IMG/VR virus record: IMGVR_UViG_2868597578_000002
Strand: one strand, 5' to 3'
Length of the DNA stretch: 64,000 bases
Source: a virus
Taxonomy: Duplodnaviria > Heunggongvirae > Uroviricota > Caudoviricetes
Shown: in pieces, positions 18,907-28,467 of the stretch
Layout: each line of letters begins with the position of its first letter
How positions within the stretch are numbered: the first letter of the stretch is position 1
Notes under the pieces: generated by a model
Databases searched by the model: none
What the model was told of the DNA's origin: nothing
The model's input: the letters and a program-made list of their open reading frames with translations, nothing else
Made by a program: the position numbers and the translations under genes

Positions 18907-20775
18907 ATGGCAGAAAATTATTTAATTGGGATGGCAGAGGAAATCAAATCATATATTCCCGGCACATCAAATATTGAAGAGGGGGACAGCAAGATTACGA
19001 TTAATGCAGAATTAAAGACAGGCATTAAAGGTATAAGCGTTGCGATTGAGTGCGCCCCAAATACAGTAAAAATCAAAGGTACGCAGGAATATAAGTATCC
19101 GATTTCCGAAGAATCCGTAGAAGAGTTCCAGCAGGAGATGATGGAAAAATATTCCGGATGCAATGTGTATGTAAGCGGCCAGGTATTTGCATTTTCAAAG
19201 TTTTTTTCATACCAGACAGTAGAAGAAGCAGTAAAAACAACAGAAGAAATCATCGATGCGATGCAGGACGCAGTGGTGACATTTGAGAACGACTGCGTAA
19301 ACTTTCTTGAAAAAGATGTTGAGGCCAAAGAGGAAGACTATAACCCGGAAGAAAACGTAAATCTTGTACACGTGGATAATGCATACCATGCGGTATCAAC
19401 TACGATGCAGGATACAGAGGACTATGAGGAAGAACATCGCAAATTTGCGGAAAAAATTTTCTGTGATTTAGCAGCTGAAATTGGTGGGACATTAAATGGA
19501 AATGAAGTTATCCTCGCCGACAAAAAAGAAAAAATTACAACAGACTGTATTTTTTTACCTCTGGATGCGGAGATTCTGGTTTCCGTATCTACTCCGGCAG
19601 ATAATGATGCCGGCACGATATATGTTTCCTACATCAATGCAAATTATCCTGAATTGATGGCTGCTTATGACGCAGACAATGAAGTATTCAAAGTAAGAAC
19701 GTATTCAAGCCCAGACAAATACGCACCGGATGAAACAAAAGAGCGTCTGGATTTATGTAGAACGGCTCTAGTTGCATGCATGAAGGAATATGAAAGAACG
19801 CTAAAAAAGAAAGATTCCGCGGACTTTGCGTCAGACGTACAGCAGATTTTGTCAGAACAGACAGCAATGGTATCTGAGCGAGAGAAGGCTGTCGCTGAGC
19901 GTGAAAATGAAATGGAACAGAAAGAAAAAGAGATGCAGAAAAAAGAGGCAGAACTACAAAAACAGGTTGCTGTATTGGAAGAAGAAAGGGCTGCACTTCA
20001 GGAGAAAATCAAATCAGAAGAGGCGAAAGTAAAAGAGCATGAAGAGGAGATGCAGAATAAAATCAAAGAATATGAGGAAAGGGATACAAAAAATATACTG
20101 AATCTGCAGCAGCTCGCAAAGCAGCTGGCTGCATTGCAGGATAGACAGAATGCCCTGGGAAAAACTGATAACGAAGCGGAAGAAGAAGTGTTCAGAATGA
20201 AGCAGAAAGTACAGCAGCTGGTAGGACAGAAGATTGCCTTGGAGAAAAAATTAACAGAAAAAATTGTCACAAAAGAATCAAAAATCAAAGAACTCTCTGA
20301 TTCCATTGGAAAGAAGGACCGTGAAATCAAAAAGATTGAAAGCAATATTGAAGACATGGTCAAAAGCCAGGTAGCAGATGAAGTTAAAAAAGTAGAAGAA
20401 CGCGCGGAAAGTATCCAGAAGCAGCTGGACGAAATCGGGCATATCCTGACGCCGGAGGACCTGATTTCTTATTATGAGCAGTATTCCGATGCTGAAATCA
20501 AAAAATTCCATGCCCCAAATGCAGAATTTGTTGTATACAATGACGGGGCTCTTGAAGTTAGAATCCGTATCGGAGAGACAAACTACGTTGAAGTATCAAG
20601 AAGCGCAGCGCTAAAAGACCAGATTCTGAGGAAACTTAACACAAAGTACAATGATGTCAAATTTTACAGTACAAAAGATGACAGGATTGCAGCAAGGTCA
20701 TATTTTAAGAAAAATGCCGCTGCTGAAGATGTCGACGACATTGTAGCATCATTGTCTGAAAATTTCAAAAAATAA
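18907..20775 (+). CDS. Hypothetical protein with a central long coiled coil (622 aa)
   Basis: The E/K/Q-rich heptad region (residues ~310-480) is flanked by globular N- and C-terminal domains. RBS aaaggagaaagaaataATG. Confidence 0.5.
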   Translation: MAENYLIGMAEEIKSYIPGTSNIEEGDSKITINAELKTGIKGISVAIECAPNTVKIKGTQEYKYPISEESVEEFQQEMMEKYSGCNVYVSGQVFAFSKFFSYQTVEEAVKTTEEIIDAMQDAVVTFENDCVNFLEKDVEAKEEDYNPEENVNLVHVDNAYHAVSTTMQDTEDYEEEHRKFAEKIFCDLAAEIGGTLNGNEVILADKKEKITTDCIFLPLDAEILVSVSTPADNDAGTIYVSYINANYPELMAAYDADNEVFKVRTYSSPDKYAPDETKERLDLCRTALVACMKEYERTLKKKDSADFASDVQQILSEQTAMVSEREKAVAERENEMEQKEKEMQKKEAELQKQVAVLEEERAALQEKIKSEEAKVKEHEEEMQNKIKEYEERDTKNILNLQQLAKQLAALQDRQNALGKTDNEAEEEVFRMKQKVQQLVGQKIALEKKLTEKIVTKESKIKELSDSIGKKDREIKKIESNIEDMVKSQVADEVKKVEERAESIQKQLDEIGHILTPEDLISYYEQYSDAEIKKFHAPNAEFVVYNDGALEVRIRIGETNYVEVSRSAALKDQILRKLNTKYNDVKFYSTKDDRIAARSYFKKNAAAEDVDDIVASLSENFKK

Positions 20776-20837
20776 TAGTACAGCCCATCGGTAATTTACT
20801 CATTACTGATGGGCACGCATAAAGGAGGAGTAGAAAA

Positions 20838-21734
20838 ATGGACAATACAGTGATTATTTTAATCGGAGCCGGTGTTTCTTGCGTCGTGATTGGTTTCGCT
20901 CTGTTTGTTAAATTGGCAAAAATGGGCTCACAGGAAGAGAGTGAAGCATCAGGAAACAAGAAACTGCTTGCAGACGATTATGCAGAAAATTTCCAGGAAT
21001 GTTTTGAAAACACTGGAAACATTGAGGACACGCTTGAACAGCTGGCTGATATTTATACTGGAAATCAGTATATGTACAATCTGATTATCAATGCCCTTAA
21101 CTTCCTTAAAGAAGACCAGGGTGATTATGAGACTGCATTGGAGGGTATCAATGTTGACAGTGATACAAGTATCATGAAGATGCATAATAACGCGATAAAA
21201 AAGGCGTTAAACATTGGAAATAGAAATAACGCTCATGAAGATGTTAAAGAGAAACCGGAACGAGAAAAAGCGAGAGAGAGTCACAATAAATCAACAAAAA
21301 GCGAAGGGGACTCGGCCGATGATATCGTCTGTGAGCCAGGCCCTGCGGTTTCAGCTTTTCATGAAGGCTTAAATTCACGCCCTGAGTTCGATAACGAATC
21401 AAGTTTTGCTGACAAATTGCCGACGAATGAAGAGGATGAGTATGAAGAAGACGAGGAAGAAGATGAGGAAGAAGACGAAGAGTATAACAGCACACAGGAA
21501 CTTTTAGATAACGTTAATACTGATAAGAAACAGGAGGCACCGAGTCTAAGAACTGGCCACAGGAGGGAAGCGCGGATTATTAATGGAGAACAGGAAATCC
21601 CCGGCCGACAAAAAGTCGTCCGCGGGTCAAGCGCTCCGGTTTTAACTTCGCACATTATCAAAAAAGAAAGAAATCAGGAAATCGAAAGTGAATCTTTTGA
21701 AGATGACGACTTAGATGATTTCAAAATTGGCTAA
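20838..21734 (+). CDS. Membrane-anchored acidic hypothetical protein
   Basis: N-terminal TM. D/E-rich segment (EEDEYEEDEEEDEEEDEEY). Contains an in-frame family-2 repeat copy at 21601-21660. Confidence 0.45.
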   Translation: MDNTVIILIGAGVSCVVIGFALFVKLAKMGSQEESEASGNKKLLADDYAENFQECFENTGNIEDTLEQLADIYTGNQYMYNLIINALNFLKEDQGDYETALEGINVDSDTSIMKMHNNAIKKALNIGNRNNAHEDVKEKPEREKARESHNKSTKSEGDSADDIVCEPGPAVSAFHEGLNSRPEFDNESSFADKLPTNEEDEYEEDEEEDEEEDEEYNSTQELLDNVNTDKKQEAPSLRTGHRREARIINGEQEIPGRQKVVRGSSAPVLTSHIIKKERNQEIESESFEDDDLDDFKIG

Positions 21735-21741
21735 GGAGAGG

Positions 21742-22986
21742 ATGGAGATGGACAACAAAATAAAAGCAATCATCGCCGTTGCCGTTGTTGCAGTTGGGAT
21801 GATTGGATACACACAAATATCAAAAGAAATGAACAAAGACCCTGAGATAACCGGACTGCAGGCTGAATTCGTTGGAAAGGTAGGACCGGGAGGGTCGTTA
21901 TCTAAAAACATGTTTAAAGTGACTGGAACCACTGAGGCGGGTAAGGTTGTGCAGATAAATGACTTTTCTTCAAAAACAACTACTGCTGCAGAAAACGGAG
22001 CATCTTGTGAAGTGAATATTGAGGCTCAAGGACAGTCGGCAACAGTCATTGTTGACATCACAAGAGAGCCGGTACTTGAAGAAAATATCGGATATCCAAA
22101 TGAGAAAAGCGCAAAAGTGACATGCTATTCAAATGGAGATTTGGAATTCACAGGAAAGGGGGACATTACAAACTTCACAACGTTTCCGTGGTCATCAAGT
22201 ACATATTCCCATGTGTATATTGACGATTCACTAAAAATCGAGAATATGGACAACTGGTTTGAGGGGAATGAAAATCTGGTATACTGCGACAATCTGCCAA
22301 AAACGTTAAAGACAATGAAGAGTACATTCGCAGGATGTACGGCAATAGAGAAGACTCCTGATTATTTTCAGTGCTCGAATTTAAAAATTATGGATTATGC
22401 ATTCTCTGGCTGCTCTGCATTAAAAGAAGCAGACATCATCCCGGTCAATGTGTCATCAATGAAATACACATATGCCGATTGCATTTTACTCCAAAGCCCA
22501 ATCAGTCTTGATAAAACAAGTAATCTGACGAACGTCTCTGGACTATATTCTGGGTGCACAAACCTGAGGGAGGCAACGACAATACCTGATAGTGTTATCT
22601 ACATGAACGAAACATATAAAGACTGTATCAATATTAAAGAAGCGGTAAAATTCCCGAAAAGTATAGAAGAAATCAGCGCAGCATATGCAGGATGTACCGG
22701 ATTGCTGACGGGAGCAACGATTCCAGAATCCGTAATAAATTTTACCGATTGTTACAATGGCTGTGAGTCCTTAAATGGCAAGTTGGAAATCAATTCAGAC
22801 TCGGATTCATTTGAAGGTGTACTGATGGGGGCAACAACAAACGGCGACAAATTAAGTATATCAGGAAACTGCGGTAATCTTCTTGCAATACAAAAAAATG
22901 CTTCAAACAGTAATATCGTGATGGCTGACCCTGAAGCAGCGTCAAAACAGAACGAAAGATTAAACAGAGAGAAGGAGAGTCAATAA
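21742..22986 (+). CDS. BspA-type leucine-rich-repeat surface protein
   Basis: N-terminal TM. Repeated ~23-aa units ...F.GC..L.E..IP.SV..M...Y..C... characteristic of BspA-like LRR_5 repeats. Start set at ATG 21742 after RBS aaggagagg. Confidence 0.55.
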   Translation: MEMDNKIKAIIAVAVVAVGMIGYTQISKEMNKDPEITGLQAEFVGKVGPGGSLSKNMFKVTGTTEAGKVVQINDFSSKTTTAAENGASCEVNIEAQGQSATVIVDITREPVLEENIGYPNEKSAKVTCYSNGDLEFTGKGDITNFTTFPWSSSTYSHVYIDDSLKIENMDNWFEGNENLVYCDNLPKTLKTMKSTFAGCTAIEKTPDYFQCSNLKIMDYAFSGCSALKEADIIPVNVSSMKYTYADCILLQSPISLDKTSNLTNVSGLYSGCTNLREATTIPDSVIYMNETYKDCINIKEAVKFPKSIEEISAAYAGCTGLLTGATIPESVINFTDCYNGCESLNGKLEINSDSDSFEGVLMGATTNGDKLSISGNCGNLLAIQKNASNSNIVMADPEAASKQNERLNREKESQ

Positions 22987-22988
22987 AA

Positions 22989-24065
22989 ATGGTAAAAAAA
23001 ATAGTTGTGTTTTTATGTTTTTTTGCTGGAGCCACATGCTTTATCTCTGCCGGTTTATACATAAACAGGCAGAATGCTGGACTTGAGCCGCAAAAGACAG
23101 AGGAAACAGTTTCAAAGGTGAAAAGTCCAGAACTGTTATCAGAGATTGACATGACATCATATGTTTCGCTTCCAGAATCATTTTCAGACATTGACATTAC
23201 AGAAGACTTGGACAATATCGAGGTCACAGATGATAATGTGCAAGATGTTATGTATGAACAGCTCGATAAAACTGCAGACCGGTTAGGTTCAGTGCAATCA
23301 GACCGTAGCGATAATATCACCCTTATTGTGGATTATACAGTAACGCAAAAAGGCAAAGTAAAAGAAGTTAAAAGTAATTTTAAAATGGCATATAGCGACA
23401 ACTCGAAGATATACAGTGACGATGTCTATACTGCATTAAATAACGCTAAAAAAGGAGACACTGTAAGAGTAACGGATACAACTTTTAATGGTGTCGAAGA
23501 TGCATCGGTAGACATAACGATATCTGATATTTTGAATATGCCATATCCAGTTACCGACGATTACATTCAGAACAACACAGAATACGACAGTGTGCATGAT
23601 ATGTGCTCCGCATTAAAAAACGATGCAAGCGGAGAGGCTAAGGAAATTGCAAGAGAACATACGATAAATTCACTGATTGATACGATGATGGAACAGACTA
23701 CTTTCATTCAGCTTCCGGAAAGCCTTATCCAAAGAGAGTTGGAAGTCCTCCAGAAAGATGACCCAAACGCAACATATGAACAGGCAAAGCATAGTCTTTA
23801 TAAAATTTTCTTTATCGCATCGGTTATAAAGAATGATGGCGTTGCGACAAAAACGGACCTGGAAAAAAGGTATGAAAAGCTAGACAAATCGGAAAAAGAA
23901 GGACTTTCGAAATATGAAATTGAAAGAAAAAAGTACCTTTTATTTGAGGAGGATGTTGTCACCAGCATTTATAAAAAAGTTCAAATTAACAGTCAGGAAA
24001 ATTCAACAAGCAGCTCTGATGCTGCTGAAACTGATAACACCGAGGACGATAATTCAATCGAATAA
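22989..24065 (+). CDS. Hypothetical membrane-anchored/secreted protein (358 aa)
   Basis: N-terminal hydrophobic segment. RBS gagaaggagagtcaataaaaATG. Confidence 0.5.
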   Translation: MVKKIVVFLCFFAGATCFISAGLYINRQNAGLEPQKTEETVSKVKSPELLSEIDMTSYVSLPESFSDIDITEDLDNIEVTDDNVQDVMYEQLDKTADRLGSVQSDRSDNITLIVDYTVTQKGKVKEVKSNFKMAYSDNSKIYSDDVYTALNNAKKGDTVRVTDTTFNGVEDASVDITISDILNMPYPVTDDYIQNNTEYDSVHDMCSALKNDASGEAKEIAREHTINSLIDTMMEQTTFIQLPESLIQRELEVLQKDDPNATYEQAKHSLYKIFFIASVIKNDGVATKTDLEKRYEKLDKSEKEGLSKYEIERKKYLLFEEDVVTSIYKKVQINSQENSTSSSDAAETDNTEDDNSIE

Positions 24066-24079
24066 TTCTAAGCAACACG

Positions 24080-24115
24080 AAGAGCAGAGATTTATATTCC
24101 TGCTCTTTTTTTTGC
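24080..24115 (+). terminator. Rho-independent terminator (gagcag-loop-ctgctc plus T8)
   Basis: agagcagagatttatattcctgctcttttttttg. Confidence 0.55.
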
Positions 24116-24192
24116 AAAAAAAACGTAATCCTTCATATTGTTTTCGGCATATTAACATAGAACACGAAGACCTGAAAAGGAGGCCGAAGAAT

Positions 24193-24489
24193 ATGCGAAA
24201 AACAATGTATTCAGCAATGAAAAATCTAGCAGAATATATTGCCGGGAACGAAAGTTATGACTTTGAAACTATCTGGAAAGAATGGAGTTCCAAATATAAA
24301 CCATTAGAAGAAACTACTAAAGAATTAAAAAAGATGGGAGAAAGTTTATGTCAGATAGATAAGAGTGACATCAAATCGGTGCCGGAGAGGAGCTATCGTG
24401 AAACTATAAAAAAGATGTTAAAGCCAGAAATCAACAAGGAGGAGTTTTTTGATGGACACGTCAGTGACAAAGATGAATGCTGCCGATAA
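24193..24489 (+). CDS. Small hypothetical protein (98 aa) overlapping the start of the sigma-factor gene
   Basis: RBS gaaaaggaggccgaagaatATG at 24193. The ORF-track ORF 23914..24489 is an upstream extension. Overlaps the downstream sigma gene by ~38 nt, suggesting co-transcription and coupling. Confidence 0.4.
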   Translation: MRKTMYSAMKNLAEYIAGNESYDFETIWKEWSSKYKPLEETTKELKKMGESLCQIDKSDIKSVPERSYRETIKKMLKPEINKEEFFDGHVSDKDECCR

Positions 24490-25468
24490 TGCTCAACTAT
24501 TAGAAGAAAAGAAGGTAGTCTACAGTTCAAATGGAAAATACGACCCACAAGAGATTAATAAACTGGTCAAAGTATACCATATGGCGCTTGAAGCAGGCGA
24601 CAACGCAACGGTGCAGGACGCATTTACGCAGATATACTATTTTATCAAAAATTACGTTTATAAAACACTTTGGGATAACTATCGCACACTTATGCAGAAC
24701 AGATATCACCAGGAAGACATTGTTCAAGATGTGTGGATTAAGATTTTTTCGGAATTAAAAAATTACGACCCTGACAAAGGTGCTATCACTACGTTCATAG
24801 CGCCATGGATTCGTCATGTGGTAAGCGATTATGCAAGCAAAAATTTCAGGAAAACCTCTGTGTATTATGCGAATGCCATGAAAAAAATCAATGGCGCACA
24901 GAATTACTGTAAACAATATGGATTAAATGCAGATGACATTGAGACAATCATGAGCCTGACAGGGCTGTCAGAAGCGACCGTAAAGAATACTCTTGATTTA
25001 ATGTCAAAAAAAGACAGCGTCTCATACGAAGCATTAATTGATGCGGGCGCAGACTATACAGCATCAATTAAAGGACCGGAAGAATCTGTTATTGAATCAG
25101 AATCAGAGGAAAACTTAAAAACAATCCTTAAGGATGTATTGACGGATGAAGAGCTTAATCTCTTAGAACTGTTGTTAAATCCTGAGAATTCAAGTAAAAA
25201 GCACTCCAGCTATCGTGAGATTGCAGAACAGATTCCAGGCAGTAATATTCCAAAAGTAAAACGTAAGATATCACGCATTACCACAAAGCTAAAAAATAAT
25301 AAACAGTTTGCACAATTGTACCCTTATATTATCGCACAGGAAAAAGCATTGGAGGATAATTACATACCAGTCATGGGTGATGATGGGAATGAAGATGACG
25401 ACATGTATGAGGAGTTCGATGACATGGACATGTCGGAAGGATGGAAAAGAACGAAAAAAAATAAGTAG
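24452..25468 (+). CDS. Sigma-70 family RNA polymerase sigma factor (element-encoded)
   Basis: Region 2-like DIVQDVWIKIF...FIAPWIRHVVSDYASKN (compare FxxYAxxWIRQAI). C-terminal region 4 HTH ...SYREIAEQIPGSNIPKVKRKISRITTKLK. Acidic C-terminal tail. Confidence 0.7.
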   Translation: MDTSVTKMNAADNAQLLEEKKVVYSSNGKYDPQEINKLVKVYHMALEAGDNATVQDAFTQIYYFIKNYVYKTLWDNYRTLMQNRYHQEDIVQDVWIKIFSELKNYDPDKGAITTFIAPWIRHVVSDYASKNFRKTSVYYANAMKKINGAQNYCKQYGLNADDIETIMSLTGLSEATVKNTLDLMSKKDSVSYEALIDAGADYTASIKGPEESVIESESEENLKTILKDVLTDEELNLLELLLNPENSSKKHSSYREIAEQIPGSNIPKVKRKISRITTKLKNNKQFAQLYPYIIAQEKALEDNYIPVMGDDGNEDDDMYEEFDDMDMSEGWKRTKKNK

Positions 25469-25479
25469 CCTGTCATACA

Positions 25480-25812
25480 GGCTCATGATACCGCGAGCTA
25501 TGCTCAGCTATGCTCGCTTGTCAGCCTCTGCGAGGCTTGGTAACGAAGGCGCTAAGCCTGAGTTATCATTTTTAATCTGGTACCGAATCCAGCAAGGCCG
25601 GTGAGGCATCATATTCATTCTGGTACTGAGTGCGAAACACGAAGTATCATTTTTAATCTGGTGCCGAGCCAATACGGCGAGCGGCGAGGTATCAATTTAT
25701 GCTGGTAACGACTCCGGCAAAGCCGGGGAGTTATCAATGAAATCTGGTAACGAGTCCTGCGAGGCAGGCGAGTTATCAAAGTTGGACGAGGGCTTTCCTC
25801 CCGTCGATGGTT
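25480..25812. repeat. Array of five or more tandem family-1 hairpin repeat units plus a terminal family-3 hairpin
   Basis: Units of ~42 nt: tctggta(a/c)cga-N-tcc + variable short hairpin (ccggcaaagccgg, cctgcgaggcagg, ...) + gagttatca + 5-8 nt spacer. Ends with ggacgagggctttcctcccgtcgatgg followed by a T/A-run. Confidence 0.6.
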
Positions 25813-25845
25813 TTTAAAAAAAATAAAAAAAATCCGTCCGGTTCA

Positions 25846-25864
25846 CAAATTATTCTGCATATTG
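25846..25864 (+). promoter_or_regulatory. Conserved GCATATT motif copy with no downstream ORF (drives candidate ncRNA)
   Basis: caaattattctgcatattg. The next RBS-preceded ORF is 1.5 kb away. Confidence 0.45.
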
Positions 25865-25869
25865 ATTCT

Positions 25870-26745
25870 GATGATACAGATGACAGCCAGGAATTTTGCA
25901 AAAAGTCCTGAAGGACCTTACTGATATTGTACAAAGAAGCGAAAAAAAGAAATAAAAAGAGACAGGAGATTCGTGGAAATATCACGCGGTCAAATTGAAT
26001 ATTGAGGTGTCACCTCTACCAAGAGGACGTTAATTATTATTTTTTGCATAAAGATAAAGAGAGGAAAAACAAAATCAGCAAAAATAATAAAAAAACGTGA
26101 TGAGAACGAGACATATGCTGCAGTAATGCAGAGCAAGGACCAATCTGGTTGCTAAAACAACGTTAAGTGTTGCCGAGCGGCAAAAGTCGAGCAGGGAGCG
26201 GAGAAAATAGTTTGGTCTTAGACTATCCGATGACCTAAGGGGGTGTAGTGCGTTGCAAGCCCTTTGCCTAATACGTAGTTGTATGCGTAAGATGCGAAAG
26301 CACGGGTGAAAGCCTGGTTAAGAGTAGGACGCGGGGGAGTTTGTGGACAACGGAATCCGCGGGAATAAAGACAAACTGTATATACAGTTGATGTAATAAA
26401 ACCGCAACAGGAGGAAGTGAAGCACAGATGCACAGACAGCTTGCGGGCTGCCGGGACCTGTAGGATGATGGAAACATCATGGCGTGTGGGATGTGCCATA
26501 GATTGTACAGAAGAAATGTATAATTTAGACTACGCCAAAATCAGCACGACTGATTTGAACTGCAGGGTTGCGCTTTCCGATAAGCTCTTCGATAAGTTTT
26601 TCGATGAGTGCGACTGCTATCTAAGACCGTCATGATGTGAAGCGACCGATTCCGACGGGCTACATAAAATCTGAGCAGAATGGCATAGCGTTATCCTTCT
26701 TCCGCGCAGACGCATACCATTATAGGGAGAGTCTGCGCTTTTTCG
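25870..26745 (+). ncRNA. Candidate large structured non-coding RNA (or non-coding control region)
   Basis: GCATATT motif at 25857-25863 with no ORF downstream. 0.9 kb lacks any RBS-preceded ORF. A GC-rich core (26160-26600) has many hairpins, some GNRA-capped (gatgatg-gaaa-catcat, cacgggtgaaagcctgg). Ends at a strong terminator gcgcagac-N19-gtctgcgcttttt (26702-26744). Confidence 0.3.
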
Positions 26746-27010
26746 CAAGGAGAAACTATGTCAATCTGCTCAGCTCCCTCCTCCTCTGGGCTGCATGGCG
26801 GCCTTTGGCCGCCTTTCAAAACGTAAGGTTACGAAATATAAATTTACTTTTTTCAAAGTGTAACGTTGAGATGGCAACAGGAAATGCAGCCCATTAACGA
26901 AGGGTGTGATTTATCCGGTAAAGCGACATTACGCATCGTAATAACACTCAACATGCCAAAACTTTTAGAATATATGAATCACGCCCGCACTAACGAAAGA
27001 AAAAGCTGAG

Positions 27011-27156
27011 ACAAGACATGCACACTGCAAAATCTTCATATATCTGGAACGCGAAGATACTGGATATCACGATATATATGAATTTTAAGAAAACTTATAG
27101 GATATCCAGTATCGGAGCGGATAGAACCTTCCGCGATTTTGCAGTGCATGTCTTGT
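27011..27156. other. Long nested inverted repeat (cruciform-capable), followed by an AT-rich direct-repeat tract
   Basis: agacaagacatgcacactgcaaaatc (27011-27036) pairs with gattttgcagtgcatgtcttgtct (27133-27156). Nested gatactggatatc / gatatccagtatc. Followed by ttttttatatacgttttttatatac (27193-27220). Confidence 0.5.
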
Positions 27157-27371
27157 CTCGAGGTCAGAGTAATCGGCTTGCCGATTAGGATGACCTCCAT
27201 GTTTTTTTATATACGTTTTTTATATACAAATACACTGTTCTTCCAAATATTTATCATATTGTACATAGAGAACCGGGACACAAACAACGTGTCTGCAACA
27301 ACTGGCCATTGTATCAGCACTTCAAATTCCTGTTTCGGTTATCGGCAACAAAACACACAGGAGGATAAAAT

Positions 27372-28436
27372 ATGTTTTTTGTTATAGTTATTCTAGTAAT
27401 AATCATTGTATTCCTGGCGAACCAGATACGTATCGTCCCTCAGCAGGCATGCTACATTATTGAGCGCCTTGGAAAATACAGCACAACGTGGGAGGCTGGC
27501 CTGCATGTGAAAGTTCCAGTCATTGATAAGATTGTAAAGAAAATCTCCATCAAGGAACAGGTGTACGATTTTCCGCCACAGGATGTTATCACAAAAGATA
27601 ACGTCACAATTAGTATCGATTCTGTCGTGTATGCAAGTGTTTTCGACCCAAAATTGTATACATATGGGATTGAGAAACCTATCACTGGTTTACAGAATTT
27701 GACAGCCACGACTCTCAGAAGTATTATTGGCGCCATGGAATTAGACCAGACACTGTCTTCGAGGGCAGATATCAACCGCCAGATGCAGGATGTGCTTGAT
27801 GAAGCAACTGATGAATGGGGTATTAAGGTATCACGCGTGGAGGTCAAAAATATCAAGCCACCGAAAGAGATTGAAGAGGTCATGACAAAGCAGATGAGGG
27901 CTGAGAGAGAAAGACGCCAGACCGTATTGGAAGCACAGGCACATAAAGAATCTGTAGTATCCAGGGCAGAAGGTGATAAGCAGGCGAAACTGCTTGACGC
28001 AGAAGCTGAGAGAGACGCAAAAATTGCTCTTGCGAAAGGTCAGGCGGAGGCTATCAGGCTTGTATATGAAGCAGAAGCAGAAGGACTTAGAAGGCTTGCG
28101 GAGTCAGGCGTAAATGAAAATATTTTACGTTTAAAATCTATTGAAGCGATGAAGGATGTGGCCGATGGCCGGGCTACAAAAATCTTTATCCCAAATAATC
28201 TGGCAGAAGGTGTCGGGCCTGCAGCGATTGCCGGCGAGGCTTTTTGGGGAGCAACAAAGGAACCTAAAAAGGAATTCTCAAATGCCGAAGCGGAAAAAAT
28301 CCGAAAAGAAAGATGCGTCAAAAAGACGGTGTCTGAGGATGCCTGCATGAAAGCACCAAGGACGAAAGTAAGTATGCAGTCGGCGATGACTAATGCGGGA
28401 ATGGTCCATGATATGCATAAGGACGAAACTGACTGA
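27372..28436 (+). CDS. SPFH/band-7 domain protein (stomatin/prohibitin/HflK-like)
   Basis: N-terminal TM, then the canonical SPFH domain (IVPQQACYIIERLGKY...GLHVKVPVIDKI...ISIDSVVYASV...). A/E-rich coiled-coil C-terminal part. Confidence 0.8.
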   Translation: MFFVIVILVIIIVFLANQIRIVPQQACYIIERLGKYSTTWEAGLHVKVPVIDKIVKKISIKEQVYDFPPQDVITKDNVTISIDSVVYASVFDPKLYTYGIEKPITGLQNLTATTLRSIIGAMELDQTLSSRADINRQMQDVLDEATDEWGIKVSRVEVKNIKPPKEIEEVMTKQMRAERERRQTVLEAQAHKESVVSRAEGDKQAKLLDAEAERDAKIALAKGQAEAIRLVYEAEAEGLRRLAESGVNENILRLKSIEAMKDVADGRATKIFIPNNLAEGVGPAAIAGEAFWGATKEPKKEFSNAEAEKIRKERCVKKTVSEDACMKAPRTKVSMQSAMTNAGMVHDMHKDETD

Positions 28437-28467
28437 CAGGCGCTGCAATAGACAAAAAAAATAAGAA

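Noticed and set aside
25480-25812. Tandem repeat array considered as a possible CRISPR array
   Set aside because: The conserved parts are two short flanks (about 15 and 9 nt) around a variable hairpin, the period is ~42 nt, and intervening 'spacers' are only 5-8 nt. There are no identical 25-40-nt direct repeats and no cas genes in the window. The same units also occur singly and inside ORFs.
26218-26897. Several 70-95-aa ORFs (26218..26499 -, 26268..26480 -, 26417..26635 +, 26637..26897 +) in the 1.9-kb gap
   Set aside because: None has an RBS. They overlap one another in different frames within a GC-rich structured segment, so they are treated as non-coding.
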